Shown: piece after piece, positions 23,301 through 37,377 of the stretch
How positions within the stretch are numbered: position 1 is the stretch's first letter
Layout: each line of letters starts with the position of its first letter
From: Leptogorgia sarmentosa
Taxonomy: Eukaryota
Reading direction: 5' to 3'
Length of the DNA stretch: 64,000 bases
Assembly (NCBI GenBank): GCA_964658305.1
Contig: OZ210885.1
Coordinates: forward strand, 10,416,001 to 10,480,000
Position numbers and translations under genes: made by a program
The notes under the pieces: model-generated
Told to the model about the DNA's origin: nothing
Database searches by the model: none
Seen by the model: the letters and a program-made list of their open reading frames with translations, nothing else

Positions 23301-26300
23301 AACCCTGTGAACATCAGACAGTTTGATGCCAGTGAGATATATTTTTGTCTCTATGTTGATCGAGTATAAAATCGAAGTATTAACACGGAGTGTTCCTTGA
23401 TATTAAAGCTCTTTTGGTTTAGATTAACTGAATTGAAGCAAGCGATTTAAAAGGTAAATATTCGTAATTGAAAATATGTAATGTCTGTATGTTATTAAAT
23501 ATCGATGTACATACATGCAGTCTTATTTGTATATATACAATTTGTGATCCGAGTTTGTAAGATCTTCACTTTTTAAAGAGTATATTTATAAATTAGTTGC
23601 CCAATTCAAAGTTTTCATATCCTTTGATTCACAGTGATTTAGCTTCAGCTATACCGCACACTGTGAACATTTTACAAATACGTAGGCATGCTTGGAAAAT
23701 GCTGTACTAAAGAAATACTCCATAATTTCTCTCAATCATATTCGAATTCACATTTCAATATAACTGTGGTAAATGTTCCGGTTTAAATCTGATTAGAACC
23801 TGTTCCTAATTCCGATCTAACTGATGCAATAAAAATGGAATTTGAGGATGCGGGAGAAAAATGACAACTCCCTTTATGTTTTGGAATCATGGAAGTATTT
23901 CAAAAATGTGATCATTATATAAATTGAATGTTGAGGCGTAACACAATTTTAGTGTATTTTGAAGTTTTATTTGCCCACAAAGTGATAAAAATACAAAATT
24001 ATTTACACTATTTACAAAGTAATAAAGGGATAGGGGCTTTGGAAATCCTATTGGACTTTTAGGTAAGGCCATATGACATGGGATATAATAAGTAGCAATC
24101 GTAATTGCTAAAACAAATATATAACAGCGTACGTACAATATATTAGAACTATTTACATGAAGTAGTGAAAAGATACAATAAAAGGCGATGTAAGTTGTCA
24201 TTACAATAATATATTTACAGTATTAATTACGTGTAGATAGCAAGTATTGTAGTTTCATGCATGTATTAATAATTCAATCTGAACTATGAATGCTACACAA
24301 TTGTGATCAGAAGTAGCTAGTTAACAAAGACGTTTATCCCAAATTAGATTTAAATTTAAATCAGCAAATGTTTCAAGACATTCGCATATTAATGTTGTCA
24401 ATAATTGAACCTAAATTTAATCAATTAAATGTGTGTTGTTCTACAGCGCCATTGATCTAGAATAACAAGATCTAAGATTCATGCAGCACAGTGTGTTAGC
24501 TATGTGTATAAGCTCCACTTTCGCTCTACGGCTGTATGGCCATATCCATGTTTCATATGGAAATGTAGTTTTAATTACTAATGGTCCCTTCATAGTCGAA
24601 TTCAACAAGTCACAAATTTAGTTCGGCACGGCAGAAGCGCATGTTGAAATAATTAGGTCATTTTTAATGTGCTTAAACCAAAACGTAGCTACAAATTATG
24701 AATTTATTGGCCTATTCAAAATTAGCATACAACTTGTGTGTTGGGTTTGGTATACAAAATCAATGCTGCATGTGAATTTTGGGTTTCAATGAAATTGTTG
24801 TGTCTTGCAGACGACAGTATAACATCTACCTATTACATTTGACTGTATTTTGTTGTTTGCAAGCCATTTGAAAGGTAAATCAATTCATGTATATCAATTG
24901 TTATTGCAAGTTAAAACATCATGGATCTGGCAATACCCGCAATATATCTTGCTCTGGTTACAAAAGAGTATTTATTGAGGCGACAAGATTTTTTGTTACA
25001 GCGCGCGTGCACACAGAGTTTTTTCTAATATATGCTTATAAATAAGGTTTACATTGATCAATTTTTGGTGAAAAAATATTGAAAAAAACTGATCAAATGG
25101 GATACTTCCAAACCTTCCAATCAATGATAAATGTTACATGACTTTGAATTGAGGGCCAAGAGGGGGATTTGATCATTTCAGGCATGGCTAAAAATTCTGG
25201 TGTTGAGCGAATAGTAAGACAAGATAAATGTTCAGTTCAGAATTTCTCGGAAAATTCCAGTATATGAAGCCACAATCGCACTCCATGTGTTGCGCCGACC
25301 TACGTATATCTGTACGCGGTATCTAAAGGAATTGCGGGGTAAAAAACTCACTGCATGATACATGGTATGCTATTATTCACTCAATCATACCGGAACAATA
25401 TTGTTGTTGCAAAGCAAATTATATATTTAAATTATCACAGAACCCTGTGAACATCAGACAGTTTGATGCCAGTGAGATATATTTTTGTCTCTATGTTGAT
25501 CGAGTATAAAATCTCGAAGTATTAACACGGAGTGTTCCTTGATATTAAAGCTCTTTTGGTTTAGATTAACTGAATTGAAGCAAGCGATTTAAAAGGTAAA
25601 ATATTCGTAATTGAAAATATGTAAAGTCTGTATGTTATTAAATATCGATATACATGCAGTCTTTATTTGTATGGATACATTTTGTGATCCGAGTTTGTAA
25701 GATCTTCACTTTTTAAAGAGTATATTTATAAATTAGTTGCCCAATTCAAAGTTTTCATATCCTTTGATTCACAGTGATTTAGCTTCAGCTATACCGCACA
25801 CTGTGAGCATTTTGCAAATACGTAGACATGCTTGAAAATGCTGTACTAAAGAAATACTCCATAATTTTTCTCAATCACATTTCAATATATGGTAAATGTT
25901 CAATGGTAAATGTTCTGGTTTAAATCTGATCAGAACATGTTCCTAATTCAGATGTAACTGATGCCACAAAAATGGAGTTTGAAGAGGCGGGAAAAAATTA
26001 CAACTCCCTTTGTGTTTTGCTATCATGGAAGTATTTTAAAAATGTGATTATTTGATTAATTCAATGTAGAAGCGTAATACAATTTTAGTGTATTTGAAGT
26101 TTGAAGTTTTATTTGCCCACAAAACGATAAAAATACAAAATGGTTTACATTATTTACAAAGTAATAACGGGCTAGGGACCTTTGGAATTCCTATTGGACT
26201 TTTAGGTAAGGTGCCTAGGTATCACGAGAATCATTTATAGCTATATGATATGGGATATGATAAGTATCGTAATTGCTAAAACAAATATATTAGAACTATT

Positions 26301-27966
26301 TACATGAAGTAGTGAAAAGATACAATCAAATAGTGAAATATAAAAGGCAATATAAGTTGTCATTACAATAATATATTTACAGTATTCATTAGGTGTAGAT
26401 AGTATGAATGCTACTAATTGTGATCAGAAGTAGCTAATTACAAAGCCATTTCTCCCAAATTACACATAAATTGAAATAACTCGAATAAGCAAATTTTCAA
26501 GACATTCCCATGTTAATGTTGTCAAATGTCAATTATTGAACCTAAATTTAATCAATTAAATGTGTGTTGTTCTACAGCGCCAAATCAATTCATGCATATC
26601 AGATTTGGTATTGCAAATTAAAACATCATGCATATGGCCGTACCCGCAATATATCTTGCTCTGGTTTCGAAAGAGTATTTATTGAGGCGACAAGGTTTCT
26701 TACTCACAGAGTTTTTTCAAGAGCATTCTTTGAATTGTGTGATATAATTATCCAAGCAATGCATGGTGCGTCATCTTTGTGATCATATTTCAGCATAGTC
26801 GTGGTTGTCGTTTCAACCTAATCAGAACCTCTCCCTAGTCCTAACCCTAGCTAACCCAAGCTCTAACCCTATCCTGTTCTGTCGGATGCAATAAAAATGA
26901 AAATTGTGAAAGGCGAAAGCATAATCAAACGTCGCTTTGTGTCTGGGTATTATTATTTGAATGGTGTGATTACTAAATCTGGTGAAATCATTATCAACAA
27001 ATAATTTACGAAAATAAAAAAATATAGCTATAGGTATACTGCGGATTGAAGAGTTATTTAACTCGAATGTGAAAGTTCATCCAGGGAAATACCATTTTGG
27101 TGAATTTATTGAATTAATTGTTCTGTGGTTTATTACTGTATTCCTTCCATAACTCAAGCTAAACTGCATCCGAAGAGTACTAAATAAGATCCAAGGTTCA
27201 GGACATTGTCCTATGGATGTGCGACAACATAATTCTATTGCTATGCTTTCGCTCTATGGCAATATAATGGGTATATGCATGTTCTATACAAAAGTACATG
27301 AACAATGTTAGACTTAATCATATTTGTGTCAACCTTTTAACGGTAGGGGATTATTAATGAACTTGACATAATTAAAATAGTTATAAAAGTGGCGGAAACA
27401 CAACAAAAGCCTTCACTGCATGGTGTATTGAAACACTGTTGGTCATTTTAAATCACTTAAGTCTAGAACAATCTTGTTATTCAAGGTATATTATGTATAG
27501 AAAAATAAAGATGATTAATTAGCTTCGTTTCAATAGAATTTTCCTGTCTTGCAGATGGGGGAACGAAGCGCAATATTGTTGTGTGAATTGATGGTTGTAT
27601 TTTAAAATATTGTCAAGATTCACCAAATTGAACTGAGCGTCGACAAAGGTGATTATTTATCATGTTATTGCTTTAGTTTGTTTTTCAAACGTACTGACAA
27701 TATCATGTTTTATTCTTATTTGTCATCATTTACATATATTTGTCGCACTCTGCGAGGACATCACAAATATTCAAGTATCAGTTATTTTATATAAAGCAAA
27801 CGTAGGAGGGGATCTGATAAAACTCGACTACACTGCCCTTGAAATGGCTTAAAAAGCGAGCCATGTTTATGAGTTCAATTTTCAAAATTATAACTTCATC
27901 TAAACTGAGAAAATTAAAGCTAAAGTGCATACAAATTAACATAAACGTTTATGACATACTTATAAT
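14371..27966. repeat. Tandem array B: ~2136-bp monomers in two higher-order blocks (14371-20238, 20334-27966)
   Basis: Identical short ORF starts recur at 16047, 18183, 22065 and 24201 (spacings 2136 and 6018). The head tcacttactgttcg is at 14371 and 20334; the tail ~18990-20238 recurs at ~26700-27966. Confidence 0.93.
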
Positions 27967-27973
27967 AGTCCCC

Positions 27974-28250
27974 GATGCTTATTTCGATTCCGTCGACGGT
28001 CGGACACCTCCAAGATGGTCGGACACCTCACTGTATTACATGAACAGCAGTGGCATTAGAAATAAGCATAATAATAATTTTTCAACTATTTTTTTCAAAA
28101 TACGCATTTTATTTTGTCAATGTTTAAAGTTAGGGTTAGGAATAGGGTTTGGGTTAGTGTTAAGCGCTGTTGAGTTGCTGAATACGAGTGAATGAGGTGT
28201 TCGACTATTATTGAGGTGCTCGAATGTCGGCAGATTAGAAATTTGCGTTC
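27974..28250. mobile_element. Short non-autonomous element with imperfect terminal inverted repeats and a GTTAGG-type microsatellite
   Basis: atttcgattccgtcgacggtcggacacctc versus gaggtgctcgaatgtcggcagattagaaat; internal gttagggttaggaatagggtttgggttag. Confidence 0.5.
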
Positions 28251-29534
28251 CCGATATAGGTAGAATTACTACATGACACAATGTTACTTGAAGGGCCGGC
28301 TTATATGATCCTACTTCATAACATCTCACCATGTGTGATCAGTAGAAGACTTGAGTTGAAGTTTTGAGCGAAGGCCCTTCGTTTGGGAGTTACTTAGTTA
28401 CAAATTGCCGCCGGAAGGTGGGCCTTTACTCGAAATGTCAAATGTGTCGTTCAAGTAAAACCTTTCTTTGCTGTCTGTTGATGTTGTTATCAGCTTTTCT
28501 TTGACGTTCGAGATCTTGTCATAATCTTTCTGGATCATCACATGTTTTTGTTGGCAAAAACAAGCATGAGAAAAGTCTATTCTGATTAAAAAAGTGGAAT
28601 TAATTTCAATATGTGGCCAGATTGTGAATAGTAACATCAAAGGACAGCAAATGTCCTGCTAGCATACGTCATAGACAATACGATTCCTCGTAGGAATACG
28701 TATGAATCGCGTATTGATATATATCACATCATTTGATTCCCACGATTTTTGATTTCATGATATATTTCTGATTTGTCTAGGAACAATCTTTACTCCGGTC
28801 GCCTCTTGTGGAAATCAACAGGGACTGGTAGGTAAGTGTGTTAGTATGTAATTTATAATCTACCAATCTAGTACCTCTGCAAAACGGACATTGTTGGTAT
28901 TTTAGTTTTTGATGTGTTGGCGTAACCTATAGCTAAAATATGTAATGTTGGTTGACCTCATTCATCGTCCGTAATTCATGAACTATTTCAACTCCTCGCT
29001 TCGACAACCCCAGACACGGTTGATCCTACGAGATCATGTCGAGATTCCTTCATGATTCAGTTGTGATTTGTGAGATCCCGGTATCATATTTAAGACCTTG
29101 AGCCATGGTATTAGAAGCAAACATCGTATAATTGTGTCCATTATTACTATTGCATTATTACCATTGCATGGTATGAAAGTATGATGTGCAATTAATAAAT
29201 CAAAGATCGGAAAGCATTCACACTATTTGTAAACAGACCTATCTAACGCGGGCCGCAAAATATCCCTTCTTCTTCCATAAAAAAATATACATTGATACGG
29301 AATTCTATCCTTATCCTTATTTTATGTAAGAATGAGAAAAAGATTAATAAGATACAGCTTGTACAATAGCATATACTGCTTTGTACATGACATATACATT
29401 TCGACTTTATTATTATATATATATATGCTGTGCCGCCTGTCCTGAGAATTTTAGGAGTGGTACTTAAAGTATGATTCAGTGTCTAGCTTCACTGCAACCT
29501 AGAGAAACAGCCGATCAATATGTAAACTTACATG

Positions 29535-32500
29535 CTGTTGCCACACGTACATGAGTGTCTTACTGTTATATTGTTCTTCGACCCAGCACCATTCAACTGA
29601 AACCCGCAAACACAATTGTTAGAACGTTCGCAATATGTGACGACATTTATTTACGTCGTAGAGGTTGAAAACAGAAGCGTTTGCCCTTTTAACACCATTG
29701 CGAATTCAACATTCGGTGAGTACTAATAAAAGTTTTTGAAACTATTTCCAGTTTGCACAATAAATGCAATATTACAAATTTCCTTTGAAAGCACAGCATC
29801 CATCTGATGACGTTCAACACAATGACAAACAAACATGCCTTTACGCTTCTACCATTCGTGTAATATCGTCTCAGGTTATGTGAGGGTGTTCTATGTCGCT
29901 CTTACTTTTAATTATCTGTGATCTCGTGAGCCTTGTATTGAACATAAACTCCACATATCACCACTTAGTTTATCTAAGATATTTGTCATGCAAGAGCGTT
30001 TGTTTGTAAATTGAACTTAATTTATTCAGACAAGATACTGATAAAACTAGACAAGATTTTGTTTTTTTTATAAAAGCTGATGTCATGAATCATTATTTAT
30101 TAAATGCTTTAAAGCTTTTCATTACTATCTATACTGATTCTTTGGCGGTTATATCATGGTGAACATACATATGACTGGTGCGTGTTCAATCGCTGACATG
30201 TCATGCATACAGCGCTACTTGCCACGAATTGTTGAAAATCCTAAATTGAATTGAGCATTGCCAAACAAAGCAGCCTCCATCCTCACTTCGGGCTTATTCA
30301 ATACAGACTTGAGCATGCAATAACCAGGAACCAAACAACAGGTGGACCTTTATAGCTTTCAGGTTTTCCGCGATATAACTGCAACTTATGTAGCAACGCT
30401 CAGTCTGTAGCGCTGTTAGCAAATTTACTGTTCTTGACTAATTAGCTTGCGACGAAGTCTTCAAAGCAAACTAAGGAAAGCAAACTTCAATACTAGCAGT
30501 GTATACCTCACGCAAGTTTGTTTACAAGTTTCATAAAAAACTATAGTATATGATTGCCAACATTTCAGTCCGTAAAAGTTGACACATTCTTATGTTGGCA
30601 TAAAACATTCACTGTTAATTAATCAATGACAAGACTGAGATTAAATCGACTGATAGCATGCATGTAAATTGTATTATAGTGGACGTTTTTGCGATTGTTT
30701 ATTATGCCCTCGGCCCTCCAGTGTACTACATGCATATTTTTTGTCTAATATAGTGCAATATGGACCGAATGTCCCAAGACAGATAACACATGCAATCTCA
30801 ATATCATGCTATAAAAATTGTAGCTGCACTGAAATAAATTTATAAAGGCCCATCCACACGATGCGAATATCTTATACGATTCGTGTTCTGACTTATGGAA
30901 AAGAGTGGTGATCTCTCATTACCTGTTGATTACGTTACGACGGCATTTCATTGTATTCACGCATGTTTGCTGCATGCATTCCATACGCTAGAATACAAAT
31001 CTTATCGTGTAAATGGCCTTGGAAGAATTTCAATACCACGGGATGACAAAATTCAATACATTGAAATGAACCCAAAGCAACTTGTCATGCAGTGTAGATA
31101 TTAAAAATATTTCAAAAAACAAACTGTGGGGTTCTTCAAAGGAATGTAGGATATGTGCTTTCGTTTTAATATTCTCACGTGTATATCTACAAAACTCTTT
31201 CCCTCTGTAACACACGACTTATGCTTGAAAATCACGGTAACATCTACTTCACTGTGATCCATGGTATTGAACTGTCAAAATCTTTGCGAAATTTCATATG
31301 CGAACTGGCTTTAATTTTACATTCATATGATAATTATATTTCCCAAGAACAGGGACAATGCCACCCGATGATTTTAAATTCATGACGGATTAAAAAGAAT
31401 TTCACTTAGTGACAACACAAGTTGTGTCGTATTGTGCCTTTCTGTAAAGCTACGAACTCATCAAAAACGAACCATATTTTGGTATTTTACTTTATACGGC
31501 AAGTTTCTATTGGTCGTTCAGACATCGCTTTTGAATAAGAGCTAAATATTATATCCAGCGAATATACAATTGAATAATCTCTAAATCTAATTCTTTTCAA
31601 CCTGAACTAATCATTGCCGCTCTTCGCTCCCACGCAATCTGTGAGATGAGTGTCTTCCTGTTATATTGTTCTTCGACCCAGCATTATTCAAGTGAAACCC
31701 GCAAACACAATTGCTGGAACATTCTCGATATGTGACGACATTTATCGTACAAGTTGAATACAGAAGCGTTTGCCCTTTTAACATCATTGCAAGTCATTGA
31801 GTACTAATAAAGACTGAGATCACATTGACTGACAGCATGCAAGTAAACGAACTATGGGGTTGTTTAAAGGAATGTGAGATATATGTGCTTTAGTTTTAAA
31901 ATTGTCGCGCGTATATCTACCAAACTCTTTTCCACATGACCTATGCCTGAAAATCACGGTAACATGTACTTCACTGTGATGGGTATTTAACTGCCAAAAT
32001 CTTTGCGAAATTTAATATACGAACTGTCTTTAATTTTTCATTCATATGATAATTATATTTCCTAAGAAGAGGGAAAATAAAACCGAATGATTTTAAATTC
32101 ATGACGGATTAAAAATAAGTTGAGTTGCATTGTGCGCTAGTGTAAACATACGAACTCATGTCAGGCGAAAAACATTTTGGTCAATAACATTTTGGTTACG
32201 TCATAGGGTAAGCTTTTATTGTTCGTTCAGACGTCTTATTATTGTGACAGAAATAATTTCAATGTACTGTTTTGTTGCATGAAACCCGACATGCATTACT
32301 TTGCACTTTGCAACAATATTCCCGAAGCTTAAACAGCAACTTGCTTCAGCTTCATGTAGTTTATACACAGAATGTCTTGTGGTGAGTAGAATTCATCAAA
32401 TTTATTGTCACTGAATTATTTTTACCAAATAGTGTGTAAGGAAATATTCAATATGCGGCGCGCCAGTGCAGGTAGCAGATCACAACAGCAAACACCAGAA

Positions 32501-33850
32501 AGGGTTTTGCTCACTACCTAAACGATGCAATAAAGTTTCAATATTTGGAGCGAACGCCTTTTGTCGGAGTTCATCGTTTAATTTAGGTATAGTCTGACGA
32601 ATAATAGCATCAAGAGCACCGGAAAATCCACTCACCAAGGATTGTATTTTAGCAAAAGTTCGACTAAGAGCCTTTGTTCAAAAATTCGAATCTGCGTATT
32701 GTTTTAGTACTGATCAACTGTCACCTCATAGAAAGCAAGTAATTCATTGCTTCATTGGAATCAGAGTTGAAACATATATAAAATATTCTACATGCAAACG
32801 CATGTTGACAATGTCTTTGTGACCTTAACGATCTTCAATGTTTCACAACGACCGTAGTGCAGTTTCATATTGTATTTTAAAAGATTTACCCAAATTTGCT
32901 TAAACTTTAGCCTGAAATGAGCGCCGAAAAAACCATGTAAATAAATTGTGCTATCAGTTATATTTATAATCTTTATTGCAGACCGTAATCTAATCATTGC
33001 GGCTTTCTGTTCCCACGTAAATGTCACATATGACTGTCCTGCTGAGTTATGTCAGTTATATTGTTCTTCGACCCAGCACCATTCAAGTGAAACCCGCAAA
33101 CAGAATTGCTCGAACGTTCGCGAGATATGACGGCGTTGAGTTATGTGACACAAAATGAATACGGAATCGCTTTTTCTTTCAAAAGTCATTTTAACACTCG
33201 GTGACTCTACGAAAATGTTTCGAAATTGTTTCCAGTTTGCAGAGTAACGTTATAAAATGTCACATTGCAAATTTCCTTTCAAAGCACGATATCATGCGTC
33301 TGCAACAAAATGCCAAATAAACGTGCACTTGGAGTATGTCTCTCTTACTTTATCTGTGATTTCGTGAACACATAATAAACTCCTCACACACCACTTAGTT
33401 TATCGAAGCAATTCGTCATGCAAAAGCGTTTGTTTGTATGTTGTAGACTTCAATTTTCAATTAAAAAGCTTTTCATGACTATCTGCAGTGTATTCTTGGG
33501 GTTATTATATCATGGAGACGTATGACTCCGGCGAATGTTCAATCATTGCCATGTCATCCATTAGACATACAGCGCTACGTGGCACGATTTACTGAAATTC
33601 CTAAATTGAACTGAGCTTATTCCGACTTGAACATGCAATGACCAGAGAGCCAAACAACGCGCAGACGGACCTTAATTGCATTGTAATTTGACAACTTACA
33701 GTCTGTATCGCAAATTTCCTGCCCTTAATTATGATTGGATTTCGACGAGGCCTTTAAATTCATACCAAAGCAAGCTTCAATACTGGTAGTGTGTACCTTC
33801 ACAATTGGTTATTCAATTATTGCAAGATTAAGAATATTTGACTGATAGCA
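29535..33850. repeat. Tandem array A, right block (partial and progressively diverged copies)
   Basis: Same unit as 9571-13471: copies at ~29535-31170, 31171-31790, 31850-32240 and a diverged copy at ~32985-33850. ORFs 11658/31179 and 11694/31215 are near-identical. Confidence 0.9.
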
Positions 33851-34087
33851 TGGAAGTACTGTAAATGCTCGCAATTTTTATTGCCCAAAAACCTAGAATA
33901 GAATATTAATAGAATAGAATAATCAGAATAGAATATTAATTTCCTTCACATCATCGTCACCTTGACAACCGTGTTGTTAAAAACGCCCCCTGCTTGAGTT
34001 CTCTATTATCCTCGATTAACTGCCGCACTGTAGTTGCAAAAGTGCGACGTTAATTAAATTCATTATTCCCTATATCAGTAGGCTATT

Positions 34088-34570
34088 TAACAATTAGTCG
34101 CCGAAGGCGAGGTGATTATGAGCTTGTGATCACCGAAGCCTGAGGCGACTTAGTATAAATATTATTTAGTATAAATTCCCAGGTCAAACTGATTTGATTC
34201 AAACTGTCTTTTAAATAGAAACTCAAGTTTTGTTTACTTTGCTTATAGTTTGTTTACATAAAATAATTCACGCTCATATCACCACTTTGCTAGTGAAAAA
34301 AGCCAGTTTTGTTGCAAAAAAAAAACAATAAATAAAATATTTTACTTTGAAAGATTTTTAAACCATATTTTGTTGTTTGTTTAACTTTCTTGGGGATGCT
34401 TTCTTGTTTAATTTCGTCAATTTCCTCCTGCGAAACTTCAGCAAACCGAGCGGCCATTTTGAATTTTAATTATGTTATAGTCACTGCCCAGTGACTATAA
34501 GACCAGAGACAGCAAATTTTAACCAATCAGATTGCAGGAAATGTTATTGTCACTTGAAATTTTATACTAA
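34088..34570. mobile_element. Unclassified repeat with cgccgaaggcg hairpin upstream of the first coding exon
   Basis: tcgccgaaggcga hairpin, ggtgatta...tgatcacc palindrome, and ttagtataaat/tttatactaa inverted ends. Confidence 0.45.
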
Positions 34571-34816
34571 GTATAAATATACATATGTCGCTTTACAAAT
34601 TCAATAAATCTTGCTTGTCTGATTTTTCAAAACTGGGTTACTCATACAGTATTTTCAAAGGACATACCAGTCTTTTCAAAGAAACTTCTACTTTCACAAA
34701 TTTGTAAAACATTAAAATGTCAGAAAGTAATTATGTCTGTACTATTTACAAAAGCTGTGTGCTTTGGTAGCTAAAATTGTAACACCATTATTTTATATTT
34801 ACTTCATAGAACGATA

Positions 34817-35402
34817 ATGATATCAGAGGAAGAACAACATTGGGTTTTAGTTGGCATTGCCTTTACCAAAGTTCTTGCACCTGCATTGAGGAAAGTTGTA
34901 GACACTGAACTTGGGAAATGGTATCATTCTTTATGCCAACCACCTGATGAAATTCACATGCAAGATTTTGCGGCATACAGAAGGAAGAAATTACCCCCTT
35001 CTACCCATAATCTACAATATCAAAACATTAACAACAACATTATTCACAAGCCTACTAAATCAGCTTATGATTATGCTGTTAAAGATCCTGTCTCGTTGGC
35101 GAAACTATTCGTCACGGACTTTATGGCACATTTCACTGGATTTGATAAAACCATGGATATGTCAGCACTTTTGACTATTATCGGCAAGGCAGCTCCTTTT
35201 GTATCTTCTGGCGCTGCAGCTGAAGCAAACAAAGTTCGGTCGGACATCAGAAACCCATGGGCTCATTGTAACATCTCTGAATGGACACTACATATGTTCA
35301 ATGACTCGTTTCAAGCAATGGAATCTTTGGTCAAAGTGTTAAATTTACCAACAGCTGACGAAAAAAGGATTTGTGATGAACTAGATTTCTGGAATAAAAC
35401 AG
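34817..35402 (+). CDS. Apaf-1-like STAND receptor, coding exon 1: putative HEPN RNase domain
   Basis: Predicted helical ~195-aa domain: EEEQHWVLVGIAFTKVLAPALRKVV...FTGFDKTMDMSALLTII...KVRSDIRNPWAH (Rx4H). Acceptor cttcatag lies 6 nt before the ATG; donor ACAG|GTACTG, phase 1. Confidence 0.85.
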
Positions 35403-36033
35403 GTACTGTATTATTAGCATTATTGCCGGAATTTCATCATGCCTTTAAATATGTTTTGCGCAGATCATTTTTTATTTCCTGTAGGAAAACCCCCTTATTC
35501 AAACTCTCTTATTCATTTATTATTATTATTATCCAATTTGATTCCTATATTACCATATTATACAATTCAATGCAATTCTCAGTACAATCAATCGTTGGAA
35601 TTCTGCGATAGTGTAGCTACTTTAAACTTTACAGGGTCATATTTTTCGCATTTTACAACATTTTCTCAACCAAACTTTACAGTTTTACTAACTTTGGGAT
35701 GCTCTTTAACGCTGTTGCTCTGAATTGTACTATTTCGAAATTTTTAAAAATTGTCTATTATGCAAAAAGTCTACTTTACTCAAAACGTCCAACCTAGGTT
35801 GCATTGTTTAGGTAGTGGGTATGACATGTGCTGCTTGCTGATGTTGTTATCCCCACCTACTACACTGGCCGCATATTGAAGTTTGCTAATAACCACAGCA
35901 GACCATGCTTATCATATAGTTTGCATGGACAGCAGGGCATGCTTTTCCATGTATCCTTCGTGCTACGCCCATTAGCAGCGGTATATTTATAGTGTTTGTG
36001 ATACTCAAGATAAGTTTTCTTCATTATTTCCAG

Positions 36034-36128
36034 ACATTCTTGTTGATGGTCGTCACGCAAAGCTAATTGCAGAAAGTGTAGCTGAACTTTGCGGTTGTAT
36101 CAAAAACTGCGATTTGGACGCCACAAAG
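36034..36128 (+). CDS. STAND receptor exon 2 (linker)
   Basis: tttccag| DILVDGRHAKLIAESVAELCGCIKNCDLDATK |gtttga; phase 1 to 0 bridges exons 1 and 3 exactly. Confidence 0.75.
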
Positions 36129-36907
36129 GTTTGAGGAACTTTTGATGTTTCATTTAACAGTCATTGAATAAGTAGGAAGACGCTGTTCAAATTAATATAA
36201 GACATGTTTCAAATGCGAGCGAGTGCAAATTTTCAGCGTGGGAACGCAATCTGTGCTTTTTTCGATAATGCTGTTTTTATTGGTTTTACTTTAACCGTCG
36301 CACGTTACAAGTCAAACTTCTGCATACACATTTTGGGACACGTTTGCAACAGAATATTTAGAACGAAGCGTGTACCGATAAATAAAACACACTACATATC
36401 AATTATTGATAAATACTAATATAAATACTCTTTTAGAAAAAAAACTAGCCCTATGACATGCACCCCATTAAGCAAAACAATTGAGGCATTCTCATAGGCA
36501 AGAGATAAACCTAAATTTTGATATATAACTATTATTTTTCCTGGCAAAATTGCTATTGATGTTCCAACGTTGAACTACAATTTTCTGAAAAGTTTAAAAA
36601 CTAGAAAACATACATATCAAATTTCAATAGACCTTATGTATAATGACGTCACAAGAGGTTATCTTGCATGGAATTCTGGTTCTGCTGGTCGGGACGGAAA
36701 CGTTCATTCGTTTTCAAAGATTCCTGCTTTTACTACCAGAATTGTAAGTACGTATCTACCCTTCTGACGTTTTATGCATGAGGTCATGTAGTTTATTTGT
36801 TGAAATGCCATGCAGTATTTTGCACGCTACTGCTTTATAACTACAGGAACATTGTTTTATTCAATACGAATCCAACCTGAGCATATTCGTTGGTGTCTGT
36901 GGAATAA

Positions 36908-37034
36908 GGCCAGTTGAAACTTGAGACGTCGAACTTTTCATGTGCCGAGCCCAATCCAATTGAACTCAAACAAAGAACTTAGCTCGTTAACATTAGGTTT
37001 GGCACATGAAATGTACGACGTCTGAACTAGGCCT
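36908..37034. mobile_element. Small MITE (Harbinger-like ends)
   Basis: ggcc...agacgtcgaacttttcatgtgcc versus ggcacatgaaatgtacgacgtctgaactaggcc. Confidence 0.6.
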
Positions 37035-37377
37035 ACGGCATCCTAAAGAACGAAAATCTAATGGCGGCAACGCTTATACCATGCCTTTCGAATATGAATC
37101 CGAAATGAAGTATAACGAAACTTGAATCTTTAAAAGTAAAGAGAAATTTGAAAACCTTTTTTATGCTAACGCTTTGGCTATAATACTTCCGCGAAAATGA
37201 ATGTAAATTTTGTCGACATATGGCCCGTTTTATAATTATTTTTATCCCGTAACTGTTGAATTTGCTTTATAATCGATCAATAAGTTCCAAAAGCATATAA
37301 ATTGTTTAATTATAGAACTTTCTGCTTCTTTTTATGGCAATTTAAGATGTGATAGCTAAATATCGCTGACTTAACAG

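Noticed and set aside
15796..24201. Repeated 83-104 aa ORFs (MTTYIAFYCIF...) and other short ORFs in arrays A and B
   Set aside because: They recur only because the DNA is duplicated; frameshifts differ between copies and no domain is recognisable.
35403..35611. C-terminal extensions of listed ORFs past splice donors (also after 39169, 40435, 46150, 56278)
   Set aside because: Read-through into introns; composition changes after strong GT donors, and the phases match downstream exons.
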